Positions 28,272 through 41,946 of a DNA stretch of 64,000 nucleotides are shown one piece after another (position 1 is the stretch's first letter; each line of letters begins with the position of its first letter). This DNA is from Eledone cirrhosa (taxonomy: Eukaryota), in the NCBI GenBank assembly GCA_964016885.1, contig OZ024745.1, positions 54,498,001 to 54,562,000 of the forward strand, given 5' to 3'. Under the pieces are notes generated by a model. That model was not told where the DNA came from, ran no database searches, and saw only the letters and a program-made list of their open reading frames with translations. A program made the translations under genes and the position numbers.

Positions 28272-28439
28272 AAAAAGGTGACGTGGTTGCCTAAACACTG
28301 TAAATGTTCGGTAAACCGATACGTGCATATATGTATGTGTACATGTATGTATATATATACATACTACTGTACGTCTGTATACACTACATGGCGAACTGAA
28401 TGCGCACGTGTATTTTTTCCTCACTCCCTTATTTTCCCC

Positions 28440-28790
28440 CTCGTGTATTAGGACTCTCAGTTTGGCACATACAATGTACAACCCACAGAAACCTTTCTTT
28501 CAACCTAAGCTTCATGAAGCAAATCCTCCCCCCTAATGGGATTCACTTTCTAACACTTTCAAACAGCAGAGTGATTAAAAGTATCCCTATTCCCACCTGT
28601 GCAGTCATCTCTGGTGCCACACCTGAATAGTGTATCTTCCATCCTCCATCCAAATTTACTTGACCAGAGCTGCGGGGCATTCTTAAGGAAATGCCGAATT
28701 TATCTAGCCAGTAACATCTAGCCTCGTCTACTAGTTGCAGCTCTTCACATGTAAGGGTTATGATGTTTCAGGTTCCAGTGGTTACTTTTT
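28440..28790 (-). pseudogene. Decayed RTE-clade AP-endonuclease fragment
   Basis: Manual translation LVDEARCYWLDKFGIS...SGQVNLDGGWKIHYSGVAPEMTAQVGIGIL...*IPLGGRICFMKLR...YVPN. Confidence 0.7.
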
Positions 28791-29189
28791 GCTCCCTTAC
28801 GAACCATCTTTGGTGTCTCGGGATGCGCAATCTTTGTGCGCAATCGGGATGAAAAATCTTTGTGCGTCCTTTGTTTGTCTCTCAGGACAGGATGCATGCA
28901 CATGCCATTTTCAGCATAAGATGGAGGTTACAGCATAATTTTCGAACAGGCAACTGTACCTAAGGTGTACAGCATTAAATATTTAAATAATTATACTGTG
29001 ACATAAATGTATTGTATAAGTTTTCATATATACATTCATGCATACACACACACACACACACATATATATATATGAAAAGTATAGAAATTATTGTAGCAAG
29101 AAGCCAACAGTATTCCATAATATATAAGTGACTATAGCGTCAAAATGGAAACATAGTTAACGTAAGATGTGGTAAAATAATTCAAACTC

Positions 29190-29231
<42 letters not shown>

Positions 29232-29389
29232 TATTTACGCATCGAGAGAGAGAAAAAAAAGGGAGGATAGGTGATACATATAGTTATTTGCCAAGTAGCG
29301 TATGCCAAAGGTGCTCGATACTAGTGCCGGCAGTATTAAATATTCGAAGTGTTAATATTTTGTGGGCTAGAGAGTTAGCAGAGCTTAAG

Positions 29390-29483
29390 CACGTGGAAAA
29401 GTAAGAAATCGGAGAATAGACCGTTAAAACATGTTAAATAAACATGTTTTAACGCTCTATTCTCCGAGTTCTTACTTTTCCAC

Positions 29484-29485
<2 letters not shown>
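29390..29485. repeat. Near-perfect ~45-bp-arm inverted repeat abutting (TA)n
   Basis: acgtggaaaagtaagaaatcggagaatagaccgttaaaacatgtt / aacatgttttaacgctctattctccgagttcttacttttccacgt. Confidence 0.8.
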
Positions 29486-29552
<67 letters not shown>

Positions 29553-29554
29553 TT

Positions 29555-29880
29555 TATATACATTAAATTGAACAGAAATATCTCACTATTCTTCAAATTT
29601 TCTTGACTTTCGCGTTTTTTAACCTTATGAAAATTTTGCATGTCAAAATAATCGCCATCTGCTATCCTTTAGGAAGGCACATGTTTCCATCCCTGTATAA
29701 TTCTTTTGACTTTGATACAAAGAATTCCATCAAACCTCTGGTTTCACTGGTCCTCATTAAGAGATAGTCAGCAGGCGCGAGACCGTAAAATTTGGGTGAT
29801 TTTGATGGAGTGTATTTTCTCGAAAGTGCAGTGGCTATATCTCTGGTCTAAGAATAATTTTTCTTAAATTCGTTCCAGCA
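29555..29880 (-). pseudogene. Decayed mariner transposase 3' end
   Basis: Minus-strand fragments GLAPADYL (cf. SPDLAPSDY), EFFVSKSKELYRDG...LPK and DGDYFD. Confidence 0.6.
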
Positions 29881-31735
29881 ATCACGTAGGTTTTAAAGTG
29901 AAATGTTCATTGTTCCTTCTCCTGTGACTAAACCATTAAATACTGAAAATGACAACAGCAGCTCTGTATCGTTCTTGTCAGGACAGGAACTTAATTACCA
30001 TTTAGGTTACGGTAATATGAGAAAAAGAGAATAAATGATGATTTCTGCCGACTAGGAACAACACCTATGTTTATATGGAAATCGATATTGCGCAATGAAT
30101 GTAATCTGATAGGAGATTTATATTTTAAAGAGACAAACCTAAATACTTTAGTGTATTTAGTTCCTCGTTGTATAGTTTATGCCAATACACAACACAACAA
30201 AAACTAAATAAACATTGATAATAAATCATGAAAAATCGGGCAGTGAAATAAATTAAATAAGGTGATTCACACATTTTACAGCATTTAATAATGCCCCACA
30301 GCGTTCTGAATCTATTTAACTTTGCCGTTTACCACTTAAGATTCAGGTGAAAGTGATGCCTTGAAGAGCTAGAAATATCCACCAAATCTCCATTAAATTA
30401 CAATATATTTTTTTCAAATGGAAGTGTTCAGTAGATAATGCGGTCATAAATACTCCTAAAGATATATTCTTAGAGACGACCGGAAGGAATTCCTTTGATC
30501 TCCGGATTCCTCAATCAGGTTTGACCTACTAGAAAATGGCATAAAAAATTTCGACAACAACAGCCACAATAAAAGAAATTCCTGTAGTATAGCGATTTCA
30601 TTGTTAAAGAATACACACATGCACCGTAAAATGGAAGAGGATAAGATTTTAGAAATAACTGGAACTTGCTGATATGTTTTGCTCAACACGGAAATTTCAA
30701 CGAAATTCTGATATAAATTTAAAAAACCAATCATGCATCAATTGCTATTTTTGTTGTTTATATGGCTGCTGCTATTTTTGTTATTGTTTTTATTGCTGCT
30801 GCTGTTGTACTTTGTTTTTGCCTTTGTTATTGTTGGTGGTGTTTGATTAAACCTAGACAAGCGTTGACCAAACAGCAATAAAAACGAAGATTTTCTAACT
30901 ATTGCTATAATTTTAACAAACGTATTTTTCGTACTTTATGATGGTAAGCATAAATTTGAGGGAATGTTGGCTGCTCTTCAGCTACTAATTCTAGTAGATC
31001 AAATAGTGGCTTCCTTCTTGGCTTTATCACCATATGCATCTAATAACGAGATGTTATCTTCCGAACTGAACTAAACACTGTCGGCATTTACTCTTTTGCG
31101 CTGCTGCCTTAGCAATATTACACTGCTCTAGTTTTTCTAAATACTCAGAAAAGACTTTTTCTATAAGTGCTAATTATCTGTATTATCATGAATATAGTTC
31201 TCAATTGGTTTGCCACTGTAGTTTGCCGAAGTCTTTAAATCTAAACAATTCTATAGAGCTTGCTAAGTTTTGCTGGCAATTAAATTGGTATTGGGAAATG
31301 GGATTCTAGAAGACAACAACAAATGTCTGCTAATGTGCCAAGTAATTAATTCAGAATATAGGACTGGGTGAAAGAGAGAAGAAGGATTGGGCTGAGTGGT
31401 GATGATAAATGGAAGAGGAAATAAAAATAGAAAGACAGATAGAGATATAGAAAGGGAGAGAAAGTATTAAAAGTGAGATGAAGTAATAAAGAGAAATGCA
31501 TATGTCCAAGCACGCATAAGTATATGTGTGCGTGGGTTTGCGTAAAAGACAATAAACGAGAGATAAAAGGAGAGGTAACAAATGGGCTGAAACTGTAAGG
31601 GAGTAATACAGGGGGGATTATATTGGGAACATATGTATGTTTCCATGAGTGTGTGTGTGTCTGTGTGTGCATATGTCTCACGAACACACACACACACACA
31701 CGCACGTACACACGCATATATACATGTGTGTGTGT

Positions 31736-31780
<45 letters not shown>

Positions 31781-32389
31781 TGTGTGTACGTATGTGTGTG
31801 TGTACGTATGTGTGTGTGTGTGTAGTGTGGGTGTGTGTGTGTGTGTCTGCATAGTAATATTTATTAAAACGTTGTTTATAACGTTGCAGTATTCGTTTTG
31901 CTCTAAATTCAAATCACAATGACGTCAAATTTGCAATTCCAACGTTTGTAGTCAATAAATGAAGAAAAAGTCTAGTATTGGGCAGGTACTTTCTCTATAT
32001 AACTTTCTATGTACACCTCTCTCTCTCACCTGACACTTTAGAAGAATACGGTTGTGGTGAGACTTGGGGCGTGATGCACAAGCTATACTAGCACGTGGGA
32101 CCGGATTTGCTCATAATCAGAGACATAAAGAGGGCGAGAGAGATAGAGGCGATTACTGTAGGAGTTCGGTCTTCCGCCTTCGAACACATTGCACCTGTCA
32201 TGTGGATCCTGTATGAATTAAGTTTCCAAAGAATAAATTACCAATTGAAACGAAATTTCAGCCTTTTAAATCATAGATGTCTCAGTTTGTAATATTTCCT
32301 TTAATAGGCTTCGTCCTCGTCAACCCTTAATAAACCTCGTTAAGCCCTATGACTTCATTGGGAATAATGGATTTAGAGAAATATGTATG

Positions 32390-32475
<86 letters not shown>

Positions 32476-32559
32476 AAGTTATATTTAAAATTGTTGGGTT
32501 ACAACTAGTAAATATTTATAACTGATATAAAAGCACTCGACAAATATTTGGAGTATATT

Positions 32560-33390
32560 TACAATATTAAATAAATGGAAAACTATATTTATAAAACCAT
32601 ATTTATTTCATTATATATATTTCGGGGATATCATATTAACAACATGTTATGCCTTCATCAGACAAAATACAATATAAACAGTTTTATAGATAAATATATT
32701 CGACATACCGTAATAAACATCAACTTCATTTGAAGAGGTTTACTCTAGCAGTGAAAATACAGAGAGAAAGAAAGAGAGAAAGAAAAGAGGGAAAAAAGAA
32801 AGAAAGAAAGACAAAACGAAGAAGAGGAAGAAAAAGAAGAAAAAGAAAAAGAAGAAATGCATGGGACCAAATAGAGAGATGGAAAAATAGATAAAGCGAA
32901 GATATTCATGTAAAGAGACAGAAAGAGATATATATATATATAGAGAGAGGAAATAGAGATAGATACATATATATATATATATGTATCTATCTCTATTTCC
33001 TCTCTCTCTATATATATATATATCTTTCTGTCTCTTTACATGAAGATCTTCGCTTTATCTATTTTTCCATCTCTCTATTTTGTCCCATGCATTTCTTCTT
33101 TTTCTTTTTCTTCTTTTTCTTCCTCTTCTTCGTTTTGTCTTTCTTTCTTTCTTTTTTTCCCTCTTTTCTTTCTCTCTTTCTTTCTCTCTGTATTTTCACT
33201 GCTAGAGTAAACCTCTTCAAATGAAGTTGATGTTTATTACGGTATGTCGAATATATTTATCTATAAAACTGTTTATATTGTATTTTGTCTGATGAAGGCA
33301 TAACATATTGTTAATATGATATCCCCGAAATATATATAATGAAATAAATATGGTTTTATAAATATAGTTTTCCATTTATTTAATATTGTA
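32560..33390. mobile_element. ~830-bp palindrome centred on (TA)n with an HHR on each arm (family H8)
   Basis: Arms of ~410 bp with a few mismatches, centre atagatac(AT)ngtatctat near 32975. HHR CUGAUGA-AGGCAUAACAUAUUG-U-UAAUAUGAUAUCCCC-GAAAUAUAUA at 33289-33336, mirrored at 32612-32661. Confidence 0.8.
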
Positions 33391-33409
33391 TATATATATA
33401 TATATATAA

Positions 33410-33791
33410 ATAAACGTTTGTATATGTATAATAAAGCCAAAACAATGCAGGCATGGACATAGAATAAAGAATGCAAATGCAAAAGATATTGTTGACAATT
33501 AATCTTTTACCTGAGATTTATTTAATGTCCTTAATTTTCGAGATAATATCTCTTCTTCGGGGGGAAGTAAAGCGGTTAAATCAGTGTTCTAAATAGCTTG
33601 CCACCTATTTAGAACACTGGTTTAACCGCTTTACTTCCCTCCGAAGAAGAGATATTATCTCGAAAATTAAGGACATTTAAATAAATCTAAGGTAAAAGAC
33701 TAATTGTCAACAATATCTTTTGCATTTGCATTCTTTATTCTATGTCCATACCTGCATTTTTTTGGCTTTATTATACATATACAAACGTTTA
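33410..33791. mobile_element. Family H5 inverted repeat with two HHR-like motifs (33529-33564 minus, 33638-33672 plus)
   Basis: ~185-bp arms with a ~10-nt spacer. Both arms read CCGAAGA-A-GAGAUAUUAUCUC-GAAAAUUA-AGG. Confidence 0.75.
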
Positions 33792-33833
33792 TACCTCATT
33801 ACACAATGCTTCAAGTGAACTATAACTTCCTCC

Positions 33834-34777
<944 letters not shown>

Positions 34778-34781
<4 letters not shown>

Positions 34782-34965
34782 GTTCCTACTTTTGGCATAA
34801 GGACAGCAATTATCCCACTGTTTTACTGGTACTTTATTTTATCGACCCCCGTAAGAATGAAAGGCAAAGTTAACCTCGGCGGGATTTGAACTCAGACCAT
34901 AAAGGGCTGTGACTCTTTGCTGTAAAGCCTGGCGTCTGACCCTCTACCGATACTGCCAATCCACC
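34778..34965 (-). mobile_element. tRNA-derived SINE (family S)
   Basis: Same consensus as the other S copies. Confidence 0.85.
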
Positions 34966-35161
34966 ATTCGTATTATATATATATCTAATACGAACAAAGT
35001 GGAAGTGTTACACACAAAATTTACTGCTGAATCCTGGGCAATAAATCTCCTATGTAACATCTCCACTTTGTTCTTACTATATACATCCTGTTCTGCATCG
35101 AGTGCTGACCTTGCATCGGGTGCTGACCAATTGTCTTCGGACTTTCTGAACCTTCTGTACG

Positions 35162-35258
<97 letters not shown>

Positions 35259-35282
35259 GCACGCACGCACACACACTCACAT

Positions 35283-35335
<53 letters not shown>

Positions 35336-35336
35336 T

Positions 35337-35606
35337 TTAAGAGAGTAAAACAAAGAATCCTTTAATACATCAAAAGTTTTTATTAGCCGACAATGTTTCG
35401 TCCTATTAAGGACTCATCAGGGCAATCAAAACAACAAAGAGGAGTCCTTAATAGGACGAAACATTGTCGGCTAATAAAAACTTTTGATGTATTAAAGGAT
35501 TCTTTGTTTTACTCTCTTAATTTTTCGGCTCTGTTTAACTGCATTGAGCTATACCTTTTACTGTCATTTCTATTTGACTCAAACACGCTCCAGTATTCTA
35601 ATCCTT
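35337..35606. mobile_element. PLE-like inverted repeat (family H9) with a canonical minimal HHR at 35385-35424 (minus)
   Basis: GCC-CUGAUGA-GUCCU-UAAU-AGGAC-GAAAC-AUU-GUC-GGC. The plus arm (35441-35520) is truncated inside the core. (TA)n flanks. Confidence 0.85.
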
Positions 35607-37118
35607 ATATATATGTATATATATATATATATATATTTATTAAAATAACAGATTAAAGTTTAAGCAAAGAATCGCTGCTTTCACCCTTAACGGGATCTTA
35701 TATATATATATAGAACTAGATAATAGAAGGTTAAACCTATTATTTTTCGATGATATGAGAGTATGGGACACATATATAAATGTAAATACATTACATATTC
35801 CTCTATGAATATATAAGACATATAATTAAACTTAATAAGATTTGCATAATCAGATTTCCATTTAGTAAATTTTGTAGGCAGCTTACAATGTCTGTCACGA
35901 ACTTTAGTACTATTAAAGTCAATACTCTTTAATTTAAGAGTGCAAAACTTATTTAAGACAAATATCCAAGTGCTAAGATATAAAACGCACCTTTATAAAT
36001 GTGAAAGAGAAGTTTTCCTAAAATAAAATATCTTAATCACATGATTGTTAAGCTACGACTGGCAGATTTGTAAATGAGAGAACTTAACGTTTTTCAACTA
36101 GATTTATTCATGTTTAATTCAACCTTTAATTGTTTTTCTTTTAGGCATAAGGTAAATAAACATTTTGAATCCGTTTTTTATTTTTTAATACTTTTTCTTT
36201 CAAAGATTCCCATTTTGTTTTGCTATGTATTTCATACCAGTTTTTGACCAATGGCCATTATCATGTAAACTTTCCAGATAGAAAATTGAATAAAACATAC
36301 ATTAAAAAAAACATAACACCAACAAAAATTTAAAAGCGGCGAAAAAAATCAAAATAAATAATTCATTACAGAATTCAAATGACGAGTTTTGTTATAAAAG
36401 AGATGTTGAGATAAGAGAAGAAAAACGAATGATTACCATACTCATAAACAGACCGGCGTGTACGTGTACATATTTAAAGAGATACGCTTATACAGACAAG
36501 CAGAAATACTGACATCCACACACAAAATCACACGTACGCACAAAATGAAAATGCACGTAAACACATATGCTACATAAAAATTGAAGAAAAAAAAAAGAAA
36601 TATGTAAAAAATGAAATCGAAATAATAACAGTAACAACAGCAACCTTTTCGAGAAGTAAAAAGAAATAGAAAAAAAAATAACAACAATAAAAAAAACCCA
36701 GCTTGAATGAAAACCAGACAAATGTTTTATATAATTTATCAAGTTAGTTATTTGGTGTTAACGTATTTCTAATTGGAAATATCTTGCGGGAACGAAGTTG
36801 AAAAATCAATTATAAAATGCTTGGTGGAAAAAAAAGGAAAAGTAATGAACATAAATATAAAATAAAATAAGGTATCACAAAGAAAATAAATATCAATAAA
36901 TAACTAAAAATAATGGCAAAGGAGGGAAAAAAGCAAAATATTTTTATTTCCTCTGAGATTTCATCAATTTTAATTGCTTAATCGCTTGCTATTTAATAAA
37001 ATGTAGACACACATACACACACACAAACACAAGCACGAACACACACATATTTACACACACACACACACATACACATATATATGTGTATATGTATATATAT
37101 ACACATATATGTATATAC

Positions 37119-37215
<97 letters not shown>

Positions 37216-37435
37216 AGTATAACTGGATACATATGTATATATATATTTATTCATCTCTACGTGTGTGTGTGAGTATAACTGGATATATATATATGCATGG
37301 ATATGTATGTATATATCACATATACAGATATAACAAAGCAAGGGAAATAAAAACACACAACTGGCACGTTCTGGTGTTCAGTAATGGGTTGTGATTTAAA
37401 TATTGAAGTCATGACGTCTGAATTCAAATTATATA

Positions 37436-37436
<1 letters not shown>

Positions 37437-37512
<76 letters not shown>
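37437..37512. repeat. (TAA)n microsatellite, left boundary of the R4/Dong stack
   Basis: Pure TAA run; further runs at 37827-37880, 41371-41388, 41947-41959, 46851-46872 and 47735-47770. Confidence 0.95.
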
Positions 37513-37513
<1 letters not shown>

Positions 37514-37824
37514 GCCTGCCCATTCGATACGAGAGTGCAAGAGAAGGAGAGGGAGAAAATTAACCGATACCAGGACTTGGAACTGCCATGAGGTCAAAGT
37601 GGTTCCGATAGTCATAAGTGCACTAGGTACTATCTCAAAGAGTTTCCAAGGATGGTTAAAGAAAATTGGTCCCGCCCCGCTTTTTGGTACACTTCAAAAG
37701 GCATGCTTGCTGGGAACAGCAAAAACCCTCCGATACGTCCTGCATATCTGAGGCTGCAGGTAGTGGCTTGATATTCATTTCAACAAACTTTCCTGTTAAA
37801 TAACATCAATGACTGTGACTCAAA

Positions 37825-37826
<2 letters not shown>
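37514..37826 (+). mobile_element. R4/Dong-like family A, short 5'-truncated copy
   Basis: Matches 41023-41360 with a ~23-bp internal deletion; (TAA)n on both sides. Confidence 0.9.
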
Positions 37827-37880
<54 letters not shown>

Positions 37881-40800
37881 GAACGTCATGTGACAGACTC
37901 TCACCCAACAGGTGCCCCCTGGCTCAGCAGCAGGAACCTGACTGTCAACCAAATACTGCTGATGTTGGAGGAAGGAGAAGAAGGAGAAGAAGGAAAGGGG
38001 CCAGAACCAACTGGACGAAAGAATTGAATAGAACTGTTATGCAACTGTTATGCAATGCTACCTGAAAAGTAACCCCAAGGAGAGGGGCTACAGGAGACGG
38101 ATGCATAACATCTGGAACGAGATTGGTTTATTTAAATTAGATGAACAAAAATTGGCCGGGCAGGCTCGGGTAATAAGAACTAATGGGTGGATAAGCGAGC
38201 TGGAACTGGAGGAACTGAGCAGAGAGAATGGCTTGGAGATGGCGGGTGTAGTATGCCAGACAAGCGAGCCGGTGGGAAATGAAGGTGAGGAGGTCCTGAG
38301 AACGGAGGAACCACCCGAAGCAGACAATGATCTGAATACTGAGATAAATAATACCTGGAACAGAGATACGGCCACTGAGGAGATGAATGCTGACGGGCTA
38401 GGACAAGATTCGGTTGACATCCTAAATTTAGTGGTAGATGAATTGAACAATGATAGTGGGAGACCTATGAACCTAAGATTTGTAGACAGGAAAAAGTTAA
38501 AAGAAACAACAGCTAAGGTAAACAAAGTCATCCCATACCTTGAGGCGAGGAGCCTTCACCAGTGCAACAATATCCTCAGAGCAACAGCAAATACGGTGAG
38601 GAAACTACTTGGTATAAAAGCGAGAGGAAACAACAGACAAGAAAGAGCATAGCCGTGGTGGAAGAAGAGACTGAGTGGGCAAATCGGGGAAATGAGAAAT
38701 GACATAGGAAAGCTTGAGTCACTACTGAATGGGACACTAAAAAACATAGGCACTAAAAATAGACTGGAAATAAAATACAAAACTAGGAGTAAAAAGCTAA
38801 ATATTATCATAGAGGAATTGAAGCAACGCATTGTAGCAAAGAGTGCAAATATCAGGCGATCCGAGAACAGAGTCAGTCAGTATAAACAGAACCGCATGTT
38901 CGACAACAACCAGAAGATGCTGTTTGGACAGCTTGAGGGCAAAGAAAGAGGCAACGACTTGATCCCTGGGGCGGAACAAACTAAAACATTCTGGAGAGGA
39001 ATATGGGAGCAGGATGTTAGACACAATGCCCAGGCAGGGTGGATTGAGACAGTACAGAGGGAGATCGGTGAGCAGGCACAGCAACAGACTGATTTGAGTA
39101 TCACAGTTGAAACTCTTAAGGGGCAAGCCAAAAAACTAACCAACTGGAAATCACCAGGCCCAGATGGTGTGCAGGGGTATTGGATTAAACATTTAACATC
39201 CCTCCACCCGAAGCTGACGGCCATGTTCAATGACTGCTTGGTGTCGGGTGAGGTGCCAGAGTGGTTGACAAAAGGTACCACAGTTCTGATAATGAAAGAC
39301 CGAATCAAGGGTAATGATGCTACCAACTATAGACCTATCACATGTCTGCCCGTAATGTGGAAACTGTTGACGAGCATTGTGTCTGAGGAAATCTACCATC
39401 ACCTCCACACAAACAACTTGTTACCGGACGAACAGAAAGGATGCCGAAAGAAGTCACGTGGTACAAAGGACCAGTTGCTTATTGATAAGATGGTAATGGG
39501 GAATTGCAGGAGGAGACACACTGATCTTGCCATGGGATGGATAGACTACAGAAAGGCATTTGACATGGTGCCTCATTCCTGGATCACCAAAAGCCTGGAG
39601 ATCTTCAGGGTGGCAGATAACATCAGACAGTTGCTAGGCAGGAGTATGGGGTTCTGGGAGACAGAGTTGACATCAACTGGAGTATCCTTGAGAAGCGTGA
39701 AGATCAAGAGAGGTATCTTCCAGGGAGATAGCCTGTCCCCTCTGTTGTTTGTCCTTGCCCTGATGCCCTTGACCATTATGCTGCGAAAAGTGAGAGCAGG
39801 ATACAAGTTGGGAAGGGGAGAGCTTACCATCAATCACCTCCTCTTCATGGACGATCTTAAGCTCTTCGGGAAAAGTGAGAAGGAGTTGGATGTGCTTGTT
39901 GACACTGTCCGTATTTTCAGCAGTGATATATGTATGCAGTTTGGTATTGGTAAATGTGGAGTCATTGTGATGAAGAGGGGTAGGTTGAGCAGAAGTAACG
40001 GGATCCAGATACCAACAGGTGAGATGATAAAGGAAATTGACTCTGAGGAAGGATACAAGTATTTGGGCGTTCTGGAGGCTGATGGCATAAAGAACAAAAA
40101 AATGAAGGAATTGTTAAGAACTGAATACATTCGGAGAGTAAGGAGCGTATTGAAGTCACATCTGAACAGCAGAAATGCCATAAGCGCAGTAAATTCCCGA
40201 GCTGTGTCTATTATTAGGTACAGTGCGGGAATTCTGAGATGGAATGTTGCTGAACAAAAAGAAATGGATAGGAAGACTAGGAAGCTATTGACTATCTACA
40301 ACATGTTCCACAAGAGGAGTGATGTCGATAGACTCTACCTAAGGAGATCTGAGGGTGGAAGAGGTCTTATCAGCATAGAGGACTGTGTTCAGATGGAGAA
40401 AAACAACCTATACAAATACGTGACCTATAGTAAGGAGCCAATGCTCAGAACTGTACTGAAGGAGGGGACAGTAGGCCAGGGGATGTCCAGGGAGGAAATA
40501 ACATCAAGGAGGAAGAGCAGCCTTAAGGGAAAATCCCTTCATAGTACCTTCTTTGAGAAAACTGAATTTAGAGATCCACAGACATGGAACTGGTTGAGAA
40601 GAGGAGACCTCAAAAAGGCTACAGAAGGAATGCTAATGGCTGCGCAGGAGCAGGACCTCAAAACGAAGTGGTTGAAGCACCATATCTACAAGGAGGAGGC
40701 TAGCCCACTGTGCATGATCTGTGGAGAGAGAGAGGAGACTGTGGCTCACATTGTGTCCGAGTGTAAACACCTAGCCCAGACCCACTATAAGGGCTGGAGA

Positions 40801-41360
40801 CACGATGTGATGGGCAGGGTGATCCACTGGCACCTGTGCAAAGTAAACAATCTACCACATTCTGAGAAATGGTATGAGCATAGGCCAGAGGCGGTGATGG
40901 AGAACAATCAGGTGAAGGTGCTGTGGGATTTTAGGATACAGACGGACAAAAAACTGGAACACAATAGACCTGACCTGGTGGTTGTGGACAAAGAAAAAAG
41001 ATCGTGCCTGATTGTGGATGTGGCCTGCCCGTTCGACACGAGAGTGCAAGAGAAGGAGAGGGAGAAAATTAACCGATACCAGGACCTAAAGTGGGAGGTG
41101 AAAAGGATTTGGAACTGCCATGAAGTCAAAGTGATCCCGATTGTCATAGGCGCACTGGGGACTATCTCCAAAAGTTTCCAGGGATGGTTAAAGAAAATCG
41201 GCCCCTTCACGCTTTTTGGAACGCTTCAAAAGGCATGCTTGCTTGGAACAGCAAGAACCCTCCGATACGTCCTGAATATCTGAGGCTGCAGGTAGTGGCT
41301 TGATATTCAATCCAACGGACTTTCCAGTTAACCAACATCAATGACTGAGATTCAAGGAAT
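37881..41360 (+). mobile_element. R4/Dong-like RLE non-LTR retrotransposon, family A, near full length
   Basis: Single long frame with RT and RLE domains, short 3' UTR, TAA-repeat flanks. Confidence 0.9.
38050..41283 (+). CDS. RT plus CCHC zinc finger plus restriction-like endonuclease polyprotein (one in-frame TAG at 38650-38652)
   Basis: ORFs 38050..38652 and 38692..41283 share a frame. Motifs KSPGPDG, NYRPITCL, WIDYRKAFD, GIFQGDSLSP, HLLFMDD, CMIC...HIVSEC, RHD, RPDLVVVD...DVACP. Confidence 0.9.
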
Positions 41361-41388
41361 AACAATGACGATAATAATAATAATAATA

Positions 41389-41946
41389 AAGAATTGGTGG
41401 GAGCATCAACCACCTCCCATACTTGAAAAAGATCACATCTCAATCTTGTGGAACTTTAGCATCCAAACAGACCGAAAAATAGATGCAAATAGACCTGATA
41501 TAATATTGAAGGACTTTCAAAGGAGGGTATGCCTGCTAATTGATATGTCTGTTCCAATAGACAAGAATGTATCTATAAAAACATTTGAAAAATTGAGCAA
41601 GTATAAGGACCTGGAGATAGAAATTGGAAAAATGTGGAAATTGAGAACTAAAACAATACCAGTGGTGGTAGGCGCTCTGGGAATGATACCTAAGGGGTCT
41701 AACGACTACTTATCGCAAATCCCAGGAAACCCGCGTATAGGAGAAATACAAAAGATAGTACTAATGGGAACTGCCCATATACTAAGGAAGATCCTGTCAA
41801 TATAAGTACATCACAAGTCTAAACACTAAGGATGCATGTGTGAATATGTGTGTTCTTTCTTGAACATGGCGGACCTTGTTGTCTCTTGAGGTCACTGGTT
41901 GTGACTTGGTGATAACTCGTATAAACATAAAGCAAGATAAATGCAA
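41389..41946 (+). mobile_element. R4/Dong-like family B, 5'-truncated copy
   Basis: Open RLE C-terminus (NRPDIILKD...IDMSVP...KYKDL...PVVVGALG); near-identical to 46292-46848; TAA tail. Confidence 0.9.
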
